DNA of 64,000 bases from Schmidtea polychroa (GCA_044892525.1 CM097885.1:37078001-37142000); one strand, 5' to 3'. Shown: positions 12,024 through 26,305, numbered from the stretch's first letter. Translations and numbers: made by a program. Notes: a model not told the origin generated them from the sequence alone.

Positions 12024-15000
12024 GGTAAATTATATCCACGATACTGCCAGGCTTCTGGACATTCAAAATCTTGTCATAAGACAATGAAAAAATATTATGG
12101 CCATAAATTCTATGGACTCAAATTCTATTTACTTCCCAAACTATAAAATATTCTGAATTTTACAAAAACCCATAGTAACCATCTTAATCAGTTTTTTATA
12201 AAGAAACTTACCCTCTTTAAACGGATAAATAAAAATGCAAATAAAAATGCAAATAAAAATGTAAATAAAAATGTAAATAAAACTGTAAATAATAATGCGA
12301 TTAGCGCAGAACATAAAAATGTAAATAAAAATGTAAATAAAAATGTAAATAAAACTGTAAATAATGATGCGATTAGCGCATAACATAAAAATGTAAATAA
12401 TGATGCGATTAGCGCAGAACATATAATTAAAAATGTAAATAATAATCTAAATAAAAATGTGAATATCAAAAATGTAAATAATAAACGGCCTGCTGTTATT
12501 CAAGATTCTTGTATACCATCTAAAGTTATTAAAGTTAATGGTGGTGATGAAATAAATATCCAAATTAATAATCAAATAAATAAGCAAATAGGTGGGTCAA
12601 TACACGGTTCAGTCGATATAGATGACGAACCAGAAATAGAAATAGATTTTAAGGGGGCTAGAAAAAATCTAAGGTTTGACGTTGAGAAAAACGACTTAGT
12701 TCAAATATCGTTAACATCGAAAATTATAGAAAAGTTAATAGCCGAAATAAAAGGAATGGGGCCAGTTAAAATACAGTTCACTGTTCTCATACAATTTGAG
12801 AAAGATGGCGAAATACGAGATAATTTTTTCTCTAATAATGCAGAGGTTTTTTCTGATAATTTTCTATTAGAGGGCATCACTAAGTTAAATAATAAAATTG
12901 AAAAGTTCACATATTTAGGAAGCGAATGGCGGGTTGTTAGGATAAAAGAAATTGACTTTATAATAAATAAATATAAATATATAAATAGATTAGCTGGTCA
13001 TAGTTATATCCCCACCCAGCAGCTTTAAAGTCTAAAAAAAGCAATTGTAAATATACAGAACACAGATGATGTGTTTTATCTATAGTATTCTAGCCCTCTT
13101 AAAGCGTTATGTTATACGCAGAAATAAGCACCGTGTTACTGCTTATGAGAGTTATTTAGATGAGATCAATTTCGACCCTATTAGTGATTGCCCGATGAAA
13201 TTATGTGACATACCTAAATTTGAACGCAAAAACAGTGAACTGAACTTAGCTATTAACGTTTTAACTTATAGAACGACACCATCTAAGTCTATTGAACATC
13301 AAGATATAAATTATATTCCCCATCACCCACATCTATATATCATTCACCGCTCTAAGGTTATAGGTGGTAAACCCATATATTTATTATTATTAGAAGACGG
13401 TAGTAATTTTCATTACACCGCAGTTTTTGATCTTCAAAAACTTATGAATTGCCATCGTAGTAATTCATGTAATATAGAAATTTGTGTAAAATGGTGTCCA
13501 TATTGCCTTAATGGCTTTATATATAATAAGATATTTAATATACATGTAGATTTATGTAGTAAGAACCAAATAGGTACTACATTGTATACCCTACCTAAAG
13601 ACAAAAATTTAATTTTCAAAGATTTTTCAAAAAGAATAACCCCGCCATTCGTGATATATGCCGATTTTGAGGCAATTTTACCTGAAGACATCATCCACCA
13701 CCAAAAACATATGCCAATAACAGCAGGCATGTTATTAATTAATAATTATAATAATACCAGATTTTATTATGAGTTTGTTGGTGATGACTGTGTGTTGTCT
13801 TTCTTGCGTAAGGTGGAGGAAATTGCGGTCAAAATTGTCCTGCCATATTACGAAATTAATGGGGAAAAGCCTATGCAAACCTTGTCTTTCACTGAAGAAC
13901 GTGTCTTTCGTGAATCCAGAACCTGTTATCTATGTAAAAAATTCATTAAAGATAGAGTTAGGGACCATTGCCACTTCACAGGCAAGTATCTTGGTGCTGC
14001 CTGTAGGAACTGTAATGTTTCGCGATGAATTCAGAAACAGTTACCGGTTGTCTTCCACAATTTGAGGGGGTATGATTTACATCATATTTTGAAGTATGGT
14101 GTGAAAAATTTTCCTTCTTGGGAATTAAATATTATTCCGACCACTACTGAGAAATTCATCTCTCTAATCGCGTACATTAACAAATTGCATGTTCGTTTTA
14201 TTGACAGCATGCAGTTTGTTAATTCATCTTTAGCAAAAGCAGTTAAGACTCTTTCCGATCTGCCTTTAACTTCTGTTTTTGATGGCGCAATTGTTCGAGC
14301 CAAAGGTATCTTTCCATATGACTTCGCCACATCGCTTGAGGTTCTGGAATCGACTCTTGAACTACCTCCTATCTGGGATTCTGTGTCTAATGATGAGTAT
14401 GCATTAGCCCAAGTTATTTGGACTCAGCAAAATTGCAAAAACATGTTAGATTACATGTTAACTTACCTTAAATTAGACGTGTTTCTCCTCGCAGATTATT
14501 TTACACAATTCCGTGAAAAGGCCATTGCATAAATGGTCTGGAGCCTCTTAATTTCTATGGCATTCCCGGTATGTCATGGGCCTCAGCGCTTATGACATTA
14601 ACGGAACCCATTGAACTTTTGCAGGACATGGAAATGTTTAATTTCTATGAAGGAGGGATACGGGGTGGGTTAACATTTGTTAACAAACATTATGTTGTAA
14701 GTTCTGAAGACACAGAACTCTTGTATATTGACATAAATAACTTGTATGGTTGGGCCTTAAGCCAAAAGCTTCCGTATGCTGACTTTCAATGGGTGTATGA
14801 TGATCTTGATTCTGTCTTGAATGAATGTATGAATGAGGATATTGAAAATCTTCCATATGGGTATACTATGGAAGTGGATATTGATATCCCTCAGTGTGTG
14901 CATGATTTTTTGAATGATTTTCCGATTGCTCCGGAAAAAATGTGCCAGTCAGATTCGAAAGTTGAGAAGCTGATGCTCACGCATTGGCCGAAGAAGAACC

Positions 15001-16156
15001 ATGTTCTTCATTGGCGACTTCTCAAGTTGTATATAGAATTGGGGGCTGTAATTAAAAATGTACATAGGGCAATTAAATTTAAGCATACACCCATTTTTAA
15101 AGATTATATATTGACTAATACTAATTTGCGCTCAAATTCTACATGCGAGCTGCATAGAGATTTATATAAATTATTTAATAATAGTCTGTATGGGAAATCC
15201 GTGGAAAACCTTAAAAACGGATGAATTTGAGGCTATGCAATTCAGCTGAAAAGATGATTGTATATGCTTCAAAGCCGACTTTCAAGAAATCAATCAAAAT
15301 TGATGATGACTTGATTGCTGCACATCTAAATAAGGATTCTATATGTTTAGACAGGCCTAGCTACATTGGCCAATCTGTGCTAGACCTGTCAAAATTGAGA
15401 ATGTACCAGTTACAGTATATAGAATTGGCAAAATATCGTTTAGAGTTTAACTGTGATATAAATATCGTTGGCGGCGACACCGACTCCTTTTTCTCAGAGA
15501 TAAAGCACTGTAAGCTTGACACTCTTTTGCCGGCAATGATTCGTGATAATCTTCTAGATACCAGCAATTATGATCCTGCTCATCCTTTGTATTCAAAGAG
15601 TTTGGATTCTGTGATAGGGAAATTTAAGGACGAAAGTAATGGGCTTGGTTATAAGGAGTGGGTTTTCTTGCGCCCTAAGTGTTATAGTTTGTTAGGAGAT
15701 AAGGCAACACTTAGGGCTAAGGGAGTTCAGCTTGTTAATACAGAGATAGGGCACCAGTCTTATTTAGACTGCTACAACAACAGCGTAGTATATACGGTGC
15801 CACAAACTAGAATAGGGACGCGTAACCACCAGCTCTTTACTTTTAAGAACAGTAAAATAGCCTTGTCGAACAACGATCACAAGAGACTATGGGTGGGGCC
15901 TAATTCCAGTCTGGCATATGTGCATTATTTAGGATTTGACGAAACTGATGATGGTCAGATATTTTCTGAAGTAGGACCACTTTTTGGTGGCTTGAGTCCA
16001 GACTTTGACGACGACTCAGATCCGGATAATCCTGGTCAGATATTCGAAGAGATTGGCCCGCTTTTTGGTGGCTTGAGCCCGGATTTTGATGAGGAATCAG
16101 ACATTTTCATTCGAGAAATCGGCATCGATATTGACGATGTTATTTTATCTGACTAA
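12024..16156 (+). pseudogene. Polinton/Maverick protein-primed family B DNA polymerase, copy 1 (with endonuclease VII-like domain)
   Basis: GSEW...GHSYIPT, CFIYSILA, IYADFE, RDHCHFTGKYLGAACRNCN, HNLRGYDLH, KGIFPYD, DINNLYGWAL, KLFNNSLYGK, GDTDS, LRPKCYS; several frameshifts and a stop at 14026-14028. Confidence 0.92.
12225..12482 (+). repeat. 12-bp (AATAAAAATGTA) degenerate repeat encoding NKNV units at the N-terminus of PolB copy 1
   Basis: Direct reading; in frame with ORF 12459-13028. Confidence 0.8.
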
Positions 16157-16341
16157 TTTGTGTTTTAATATATTTTTTATAAAAAAAAGTCTTTATATTG
16201 TTTTATATCGTTTTATTGAAAACTGGTTATAGTTTTCAAGGTTCTTACAACAGTTAAACGCTTGTATAAATGTATAAAAATTTGATTATTTCACACAAGT
16301 GTTAACTTTTGTAAGAATATATATATATATATATATTATCA

Positions 16342-19300
16342 GGCAAACTGTATAAGTACTGCTAGTCGTCAATTGGTCATAGCTTGGCATGTCATGAATT
16401 AATAAAAAAATACTATGGTCGTAAATTCTACGGCACCCGCTTTTTTATATGTCCTTATTGCGAAACTGCCCAGAAATTAAAATATACAGTTTTTTAATAG
16501 AAATTGATTTGAGGGTCTCGTAAAAATATTCGTTTCGATTTGGAACGCAAGAACTTAGTTTAAATCGCCCTCACCGATAAAATTATTTATAAGCTTAACC
16601 GAGAAATTGAAAAGATGGGGTCTGTTAAAGTACAGTTTACAGTACCTATTCAATTTGAAAAAGATGGGGAAATTAAAGATAATTTCTTTTCAAATAGTGC
16701 GAGTGTTTTTTCCGACAATTTTCTTATCGATGGTGTGAGTCGATTAAATGAGAAAATTGAAAAATTTACTTATTTAGGTAGTGGATGGATAGTAAGGATT
16801 AAGGAAATTGATTTTATTTTGACCACATTTTACCCTATAAGTCGATTAGCTGGTCATAGTTTTATACCTACACCAGCGGCATTGGTTAAAAAGCTAGCAA
16901 TTGTAAACGTAAGAAACAATGATCATGCTTGTTTTATATATAGTGTTTTATCACTATTAAAGCGTAACGTAATTTTCCAACATAGATAGCGTGTTACTAG
17001 TTATACTACTTATATTACTTAGAAGAACTAAATTATGATCCTATTAAGGATTGCCCAATGAGGCTATGTAATATTCCTAAGTTTGAACGAAAAAACGATG
17101 ATTTAAAACTGGCCATCAATGTTTTCGAGTATAGGCCTACCCATCTAAGAGTAACAATAATGATAAAGATTATGTACCCCATCATCATCACCTAAATATA
17201 ATTCACCGTTCCAAAGTCACTTACGGTAATCTTATTAATCTTTTACTATTACAGGACGGTGACAATTATCATTATACAACCATTTTTAATTTAAGTAAAT
17301 TAATGAATTGTCATTCGAATAGCACACGCAATACCAGAATTCAGGTTAACTGGTGCCCCCATTGTCTAAACGGCTTTAGACTAGATAATACTTTTGACGC
17401 GTATGTTGAATTATGTATAAAAAATCAAATAGGCACTACTTTGTACACGCTCCCTAAAAATAAAAATTTAAAAACTTTGCAAAAATGATTACCCCACCGT
17501 TTGTAATTTATAGGGACTTTGAGGCTATTTTGCCTAGGGATATTAAACATCACCAGATACATATGCCAATTACAGCAGGCATATTATTAATAAATAATTA
17601 CAAACACAAAATCATATTTTAATTTTATTGGAATAGGCTGTTTTAGATTTTTTGAAAAAAGTGGAGGAAATTGCTGTCATAATTGTCCTGCCATATTATG
17701 ATATTCATGGTAGAAAACCAATGCAGACTGTCTTTCATTGTAGGACATGTTATCTTTGTAAAAGGTTCATAAGAGATCGAGTTAGGGATCATTGTCATTT
17801 CTCAGGTAAGTATCTCGGTGCTTCTTGTAGGAAATGCAATATTTCTAGACGAATCCAGAAGCAATTACCTATTATTTTCCATAATTTGAGGAGATATGAT
17901 CTCCATCTTATTTTGAAGCATGGTTTGAATGATTTTCCATCATTCCAACCACTACCGAAAAATTTATTTCCCTCATCGTTCATATTGACAATTTGGCTGT
18001 TCGTTTCATCGACAGCATGCAATTTGTCAATTCTTCGTTAGCAAAGGCTGTTAGTACACTTTCTGATTTACCATTGACTTCTTCTGTTTTCGAGGGTATA
18101 ATTATGAGAGCAAAGGGTATCTTTCCTTACGACTTTGCCACATCGCTTGAGGTCCTACAAACAACTTATAAATTACCTCCAATTTAGGGTTCAGTATCCG
18201 ATGAATATGCTACCGCCCAAGAAATTTGGACTCAGTAAAATTGCGAGACAATGTTATATTACATGTTAATCTACTTAAAATTAGTCGTGTTCCTCCTTGC
18301 GGATTATTTTCAACAATTCCGTGCAAACGCCATTGCATATAATGGTCTTGAGTCTCTTAATTTCTATGGCATTCCCGGTATGTCATGGACCTCTGCGCTT
18401 ATGGCATTAACGGAACCTATAGGACTTTTGCAGGACATGGAAATGTTTAATTTCTATGAGGGAGGAATACGGGGTGGTTTAACATTCGTAAACAGCATTA
18501 TGTCGCGAGTTCAGTATAGATATCAATAACTTGTATGGTTGGGCTCTTCCGTATGGTAACTTTGTTTGGGTGCATCAGAATCTGAATGATGTGCTGAGTG
18601 AATGTATGAATGAAAATATTGAAATCCTTCCATATGGCTATACTATGGAGGTTGATATCGATATTCCTGAATGTATGCATGATTATTTGAATGATTTTCC
18701 GCTTGCTCCTGAGAAAATGTGCCCGCCTGGTTCGAAAGTTGAGAAGTTGATACTCACGCATTTGCCAAAGAAGAACCATGTTCTCAAGCTTTATTTGTCT
18801 CTTGGTGCCAAAGTTGTACATATCCATAGGGCTATAAAATTCAAGCAAGCACCGATTTTTAAAAATTATATAAATAAAAATACACAACTAAGAGCTGAAG
18901 CAAGCAGCGAACTGTACAGAGATTTATTCAAATTGTATAATAATAGTCTTTACGGTAAATCCGTAGAGAATTTTAAAAAACGTATTAATTTGAGGCTTGC
19001 AATTCATCAGCAAAGATGATTGTATACGCCTCTAAACCAACTTTTAAAAAATCAATTAAAATAGCAGATGATTTGATTGCGGTTCATCTGAATAAAGATT
19101 CAATATTTTTAGACAGGCCTAACTACATAGGTCAATCAGTGCTAGACCTGTCTAAACTGCGGATGTATGAACTGCAATATCATGAATTGGCCAAATATAG
19201 GACAGAGTTTAATTGTGAAATAAATATCGTTGCCGGCGACACTGATTCGTTTTTCCTTGAGGTTAGGCACTGTAAGCTAGACACTCTTTTGCCGGCAATG

Positions 19301-19870
19301 ATACGTGACAATTTTTTAGATACCTCCAATTATGACCCCGCGCATCCCTTATACTCGAGAAACCTAGATTCTGTGATAGGTAAATTTAAAGACGAAAGCA
19401 AAAGTTTCGGGTATAAGGAATGGGTTTTCTTAAGGCCCAAGTGTTATAGCTTGTTAGGGGAGAAAGATAGTCTGAAAGCTAAGGGTGTAAAATTAGTCGA
19501 AACAGAGATTGGGCACCAGTCATATTTAGAATGCTACAACACCAACGTAGTGTTTTCAGTGCCACAGACTAGGATAGGGACGCGGAACCACCAACTATAC
19601 ACTTTTAAAAATAGTAAAATCGCGTTGTCAAACAACGATGACAAGCGATTATGGGTGGGGAAAAATACTAGTGTCGCATTTGGGCATTATAGGGGGGTTG
19701 GTGCCGTAGATAGTGACCAAGTATTTGAAGAAGTCGGGCCGCTATTTGGAGGTTTAAGTCCGAACTTTGATGACGATGATTGGACCGACTCAGATGCAAA
19801 TACAGAAATTGAAAATAATAATATTGAGTATGACGTCGATATCGACGATGTTTTATTAAGTGATGAATAA
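16342..19870 (+). pseudogene. Polinton/Maverick protein-primed family B DNA polymerase, copy 2
   Basis: Colinear paralog of copy 1 (GSGW, RDHCHFSGKYLGASCRKCN, KLYNNSLYGK, GDTDS); more stops and frameshifts. Confidence 0.92.
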
Positions 19871-21938
19871 ATCTTTTTAAAAATTTATTTTAGCGTTCTA
19901 TTTTATATTATTGAAAACTCGTTAGTTTTCATTGCTCTTTTCATCATTAGATACATTTTATAATTTACAATAATAATAAATATTAAACTCTATAAGTATC
20001 TAATAATGGAAAGAATAATTATGGTTTAAAACTTTTTAATGTTTTAATATTTATTGAAAATGTATGTTGCAGTCGGCATGCAAATACATGTTTCGGTAGT
20101 AATATAGTTTTAACCACTGAAAACATCAAACAAATAACAAACAAAAACAGCGAAATCACTGAACAGAAACCAAAAGGAATCCTAAAAATGAGACCAGACT
20201 TGGAATTGAATGGAAAAACAGTAATAACAACAGATTTCATCCTAATAAAAAAGCCATTCACAAAAGGTTTTGAATCCAAACATACAAAAACATACAAAAC
20301 ATACAAAAAAACTTTTAAAAATGCTACAGAATGTTATTTTCATGTTAGTTTTTACAGATACATGTTAACCTCCGGTTTTAAAGGGGGACGTTACGTAATG
20401 TATTTTTATATTATATTTTTTATTGTTATTTACAATTAATATTGGTTGTGATTTTAATTGCCACGCGTCACATGTAAAAAAACTTTAAAAAAACTCTATA
20501 TGCGATAATTTACCATAGTAAATTATAGCTATAGGAAATTGAAAGCAAAAAATAAATCAATCAAAAAACTAAGATTACAGAGAATTTAAAAAACCTAAAG
20601 AGCCATACAAAACTTAAGAAAGTTGGAGAATTTTTGTAAGAAGCAAATTAACGAAAGATTAAATACCCGGCGATAATATTGGACAAAATTAAATATCCAA
20701 CGACAACAAAAATCGCAAATTCCGATTTGCAACATATGCTCAATTACTGTATGTCCAAACTGTTTAGATAACAAGTAAATAATGCCTTTTTTAATAAATA
20801 GTGTTTTATTTATATATTGCTACTCATAAACAAAATAAACCCTATTTTTATGGTAAGGTCAGATCAGGGGCGTCACTAAGGGGGTACGGGGGATTCGGGC
20901 CACACCGGGTGACACCAATTTCTCAAGTACAGGAAAAGTCAAATGAAGAACTATCCTTTCTAGTACAGAATGGTTTGCAAACCGTAACCTCGTATACAAT
21001 AATAAATTTCTGAAAATTGTATTACAAAACTCTTTGCTAATTCTATTATTCACTTTATGTACTCAAAATGAAACTAACCAATATACTCTACAAATAAACA
21101 AAACAAACCGAACTTTATTAATTGACCTCATCGAAATGGCAGGTTCCTTTAATTTCTACAGAATATGAACCGGAAATTATAATAGACAAAATAATAAAAT
21201 TATACTATTCCTTATAAAATAAAATATCTTAACGTGAATATAATTTCTTTTAGTTTTATACATTATATTTAATTTGTATATTTAGATGCTCATAATTTAA
21301 ATTTTTTTTCATCTATATCATAAAACTTAATTATATAATACTAACCAAAAATTCAAACTCAAGCAATGAATTTCTTTGTTACTGTATTAATATTGTTGGT
21401 CATTTCCTTAAAATTTAGATATCTACTTTTATTACCGACAATATTTTATTACCGATAATCATTTCAATAAGTTATTTAAATATAACTTTTCTGCAATTGA
21501 ATACGATTGATAGAAAATTGGAGGCCATTTTCTAAACGAATATATACAAATAGACAATATTTGAATTGAGATTGGCAAACTTTATAAAGAAAAGATGAAT
21601 TTCATTAAATGATTCAGAAACTGAATATAAATATAATTACCTTTGAATAAATTTAATGTTTCAATTGTAAAATATAGTACTCTTAAACCATGTTAATTGA
21701 TACTTTTTATAATTAAATAAAACAAACTTAGTAACTTTGTTAATTTTCATAATTACGGTTTCGAAAAAATAATTTTAACACTTCTAGATATAACAATATA
21801 TATGTGTTAATAATTATAATATTTTCTTTGATACTTTAATAAATAAATATTTTTATGATATATTCAATAAGCGCTTACTTTTTTTAATAATTATTAAATT
21901 TTCATCTGTATATCGATATTTTATCAAATACCTTAAAG

Positions 21939-23790
21939 CAGTGGCGTCGCTTAGGCGGGTGCGGGGGGTGCGGACCGCATTGGATGACACCAAATGAAAA
22001 ATTGCGAATCTTACAGAGCAAACATTGCTCGGTCCATTCGTATTTCATAAGCATGTAACCGATCATAGTAAAATTAATACATGACTAAAAGGCAGAACTG
22101 GGCCAGAGTGCCACCATGCAGTCTGCAAACCATCTGGGACTCATTTTAATTAGATTCACAGCTGGTCGGATCAAAATTTGGAGTTATTTACGAACGCGAT
22201 AGTTAATGAGGTAGAATGGATCAATAGACTTGGAGGCGTTTCCGAAGGCCGGGTGCTTCGTGTGTACGAGGTACCATTTTTGGCTTGACGCTTGATATGA
22301 TGTGGTATGACGTAGATGTGCAGACGTTTATATACTCGTTTTTTTATCAAAACAGTAAATTTTGTGAAACTTGGAATTTGTATCACTAACCTGTTTAAAG
22401 TAATTTAAGACGTAATTTTTATAACAGATGAACAGCGAAGAAAGCATTACACTCAAAAAGTGAGTATTACTAGTAATTAATTACTGCTGTGATAATGATG
22501 ACACGCACAAATTTGTTGAGCTGCTGTGAATCCTGTGAACATAGCTGTTGTAGCTGTCCTACAAAAATCCATTTGAAACGCATGATAGGTGGATTGGGCT
22601 GCACACTAATAATATATTTGTACACCTAATTATTTAACAATTGTTGGTATAATATTTTAGTTATTATATGATTTGCTAGCGGCAGAAGAAAATAAAAAGC
22701 CTTCAATTAAATTTTGCATGTAAAAAGTTACACTTCAACAACTTAAGTATATTGTATTATATTTTTATTGTTCAAGATAATTCGATCATGCCACATGGAG
22801 TGCACAAATATAAACGGCCTAGTGGATGCCAAAAGCTAAAAAGAAAAGGTGTGACTCCCTAAAATCACTGCCAGGATCCATGCTGCGATAAGGTAAGAAG
22901 CTAGGTGATGGCCAGCGTTCATCAAAAGACGTTCCTCAGTCTACAATCGATACTGATTCCTCCGATGCTAGCAGTATGCATTTTATAGAAGAGCAAGTAG
23001 TGTTTAAAATTGACGAAATTGACAACGAAATACAAACAACATACGTGTATGATTTGGAAGCGGCAGAGAATGATGATAACGTTGATTAAAACTAAGATAT
23101 TGTAAATACGATGCTGAGTCATTTTAATGAGAAAAATTGGAATATTTTATCTTTTTGGAATGTACTAGCACCAGATAACTTTCGGATTGAAATTATTAAA
23201 AGAGGGAGCCCCTCATTTCAGAACATGGACGGACCGTTTTGTGATGTGACAAGGCAAGATGAAAAATCTAAAGGAGTTGTGCGCAAGCTAACCAAACAAT
23301 GGTTTACAAGATGATACCAAATGGCGAGAAAATATTGTGGTCATGGATGGTTTATTCACCCGTCATTGATGTTTTGCAATTTATAGATGAGTGGGGCTTC
23401 CTTGAATCTCTCCCAACACTGTCTCTAAGCCTTCAATTATTTCTCACAATTTGTGTGTCTGTGGCTTCGTGTGAGCGGAGCTTTTCAAAACTAAAACTGA
23501 TAAAGAATTATTTACGATCCATCATGGGACAGTCAAGATTTTCTGATCTGACTCTATTATCAATTGAAAGTCAGACCGTGAAGGATGTAGACTTTGGTGA
23601 AGTGATTGACAGGGTTTCAGCTCTGAAAACCAGGAAAGGAAATTTTTAAAGATTATATTAATATCTATAACTTAACTTTGTTACAGTTCGTTAATACTTG
23701 TGCACGCTGACCTTCAGTTAACTTCTTTTTCATTTTTGTCATTTTGATACTGTTGACTAATTACAAGCTGAATAAATAAAAGAAATTGTA
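21939..23790 (+). mobile_element. hAT transposon (ZMYM1/Tip100-like), internally deleted
   Basis: 5' end CAGTGGCGTCGC...GGACCGC...TGACACC; PNGEKILWSWMVYSP fused to the hAT dimerisation domain (SVASCERSFSKLKLIKNYLRS); right TIR not located. Confidence 0.75.
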
Positions 23791-25039
23791 TGGTTTTCAG
23801 AAACTTAGGAGCCTTTTCATGTTTTCTTATGCATTTTATGGGGTTTGAAGTTCTAACTTTTAAATATTTCAATTTCATTTATCAACATCGAGGTTTCAAT
23901 CATTCCGTGCACTTACAATGTGTACATTTCTCGATGCGCAATTGGACGATGTTTGTTCTGAAGCATTCTAAAGTTTTGTGCAATTAAATGATATTAATGT
24001 AAAAAGAAAATGATTATAGTGATTGATTGTCTACTTTATAATATTTTATTACAATAGATTTTATTGGATAGAAACAAAAGAAAATTAATGTTATGATCAA
24101 AAAATATTTGAAATCTTTGTTTTTTAAAATTCACGCACAATTTAATTTCATACAGACGTCACATTCAAATCTCTTTTTTAGTTAATAATTAATAATGAGA
24201 GACATTTAATAAACAAGAATTAAAAAATCAAGGTAAGGAAAAAGGATTCGGGGAATTTATCCAAGAATCTGAATCGACATTTACTACAACATCTCGTGAC
24301 TGAGTTGTAATTGTACTATTTCACAAGATTCATGGATCCATGATGGCGATGAAGTTGTTTTAGAGACATATATGACATACTGAAATTTATATATAGGATT
24401 TTTACAAAAGATAATTTTTCCTTTTCACTAAAAACCTTAAAACTCACGGGTTATTTCATTTGAGACTCTCAATTTCGTTCATTCGTTAAGCAAAAGTATA
24501 GTTTATTAACGTTGATTAGAATCAAAGTAACACAAATTCTTTTCATAATCACAATCTATCTAATCAAAACTGACTTTTATTAATTTTGATCATAACCACC
24601 AGTGGCGTACCCAGGAATTTATGAAAGGAGGTAGGTTGGAGTCGAGAAATATTTATTAATGTTATGGTCAATCATTTCAAGCATGGACGAATGAGAGTGC
24701 CGAAGACACGAAGCCCCTTATGATTAAGGTATCTGATATTATCAGACTGAAAGATTAAAATGATTTAAATTGTTAAAAAAATTAATATTAAATGTTGTTA
24801 TTTTTATGATAAATGGAAAATGTAGATTTCATTAAAATTAAAAATTTCAAATTTATTAAAGACTTTCAACTTTCAAGTGAACAACAGTCAATAATGACAA
24901 TCCAAAGAATAGAATGGAATTATAAGCCTAATAATTACTATCGTCTATTGTCATTTTATTTTAGGCTTCATCACCCAACAATAATTTAGACTATAATGCA
25001 AAGTCCAAATGCCTTTTCTGTTTGATATATTAATTGATT

Positions 25040-26068
25040 ACTTCATATGTAGATGTGGTATGTTCTCGATGGATATTCAAAAGAATCAGTCCATTGAGTT
25101 GTGTTTCACTGGTAGTGTTAGATGGTGAGGGTAGGCCCATCACTACATTTACCCTAAATAAGTATTATAAGACTGAGCCCAAAAAATATAGAATCAATGT
25201 GTGCGCTGAAGAGCGTAGGTAAATCAAATAGCCCAATTCTCCAACAATCCAATGCATCAAATAGCAACCAACAATTCAATTCCTCAATTAAATTCCTCAA
25301 ATGATGACAATAACTTCTGTGTGATGAATTAACATTGACCTATTCATTTTTCATTTTGTATATAAAATTTTAGTGTATCTTATGGACATTATTCTATGTG
25401 CCCTATTTATTTTATTTGTGTGACATTCTATGTGTTTCTAACTTTATTTATTCTTATTTTTATTTTTATTGTATTGGTAAACACAAAAAATAAATATATA
25501 TATAAAGGGTGATTGATATTTAAAAATAATAATAATAATAATAATGTTAATGATGATAATAGTAGTGATAATTAATTAATTAATATGAAATAAAAATATT
25601 TGGAATTTAATCAGTCTGACGAGACTGAAAGAATTTAAAAGAGTGAAATTTAATTCAATATCAGTCTGACGAGACTGAATAAAATTTAAAATAATTAATT
25701 TATATGAACCAAAATTCACTATATAGACGACTCACAAAGTCAGTGCAGTCGCCCAAAAATCTTGCGAAGAATTTTTTTATTCAACGGTTAATCCTGTTGA
25801 TAAATTAATATTTGAATCAGTACAGAAAGATTCACAGGCTATAAAAACTTACTAAGATATAACAAGCACACATAACAAACAACAAGTACATATATTTTTA
25901 CACGCATTTCAGTGGAAGAAATCGATAAATAATTGTCAATCTATTTAGAATCGAATTTTGTATAGATTTGGTAATTTTTGGTTTTAATAAATATTTATAT
26001 ACACATATTTGTTTTGTTATATATAAGAACCAGAAAGTTGAGTGCTCTCGAATATTGAGACCTCAACA
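25040..26068 (+). mobile_element. Gypsy 5' LTR (partial)
   Basis: Ends ...AACA followed by TT and a PBS; TATA-like motif and AATAAA; homologous to 32146-33200; left limit uncertain. Confidence 0.65.
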
Positions 26069-26070
26069 TT

Positions 26071-26088
26071 TGGTGCCGCGAACCGGGA
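26071..26088 (+). promoter_or_regulatory. Primer-binding site (tRNA-Phe-like)
   Basis: TGGTGCCGCGAACCGGGA 2 nt after the LTR end; tRNA identity inferred from resemblance to TGGTGCCGAAACCCGGGA. Confidence 0.7.
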
Positions 26089-26305
26089 CTTTAAAATCAA
26101 TTATTGTTATTCACAATTTGGGGGATAGGAATTGAGATCAGAGGGTTATTGTATTTTATATTGGGAAAATATATTTATAAAAGAATATCATTGATCAATT
26201 TTAAATAAATAAATTCAGTTTTGAAAATTATTAAATAATTTAAAAGATAAAATAGATAATCAACCCGAAATAGTTTACAATCTCAGAAATAGAATAGTCT
26301 ATAGG

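Noticed and set aside
12141..12469. Hydrophobic minus-strand ORFs as membrane proteins
   Set aside because: Antisense translation of the NKNV repeat of PolB copy 1
12024..19870. PolB pair as an assembly duplication artefact
   Set aside because: The copies differ extensively, including at synonymous sites and in their indels
25611..25678. TCAGTCTGACGAGACTGAA twice, as a hammerhead (CUGACGA...GAAA)
   Set aside because: No room for helix II and no helix III or NUH site; only a 7-bp hairpin repeated in an LTR
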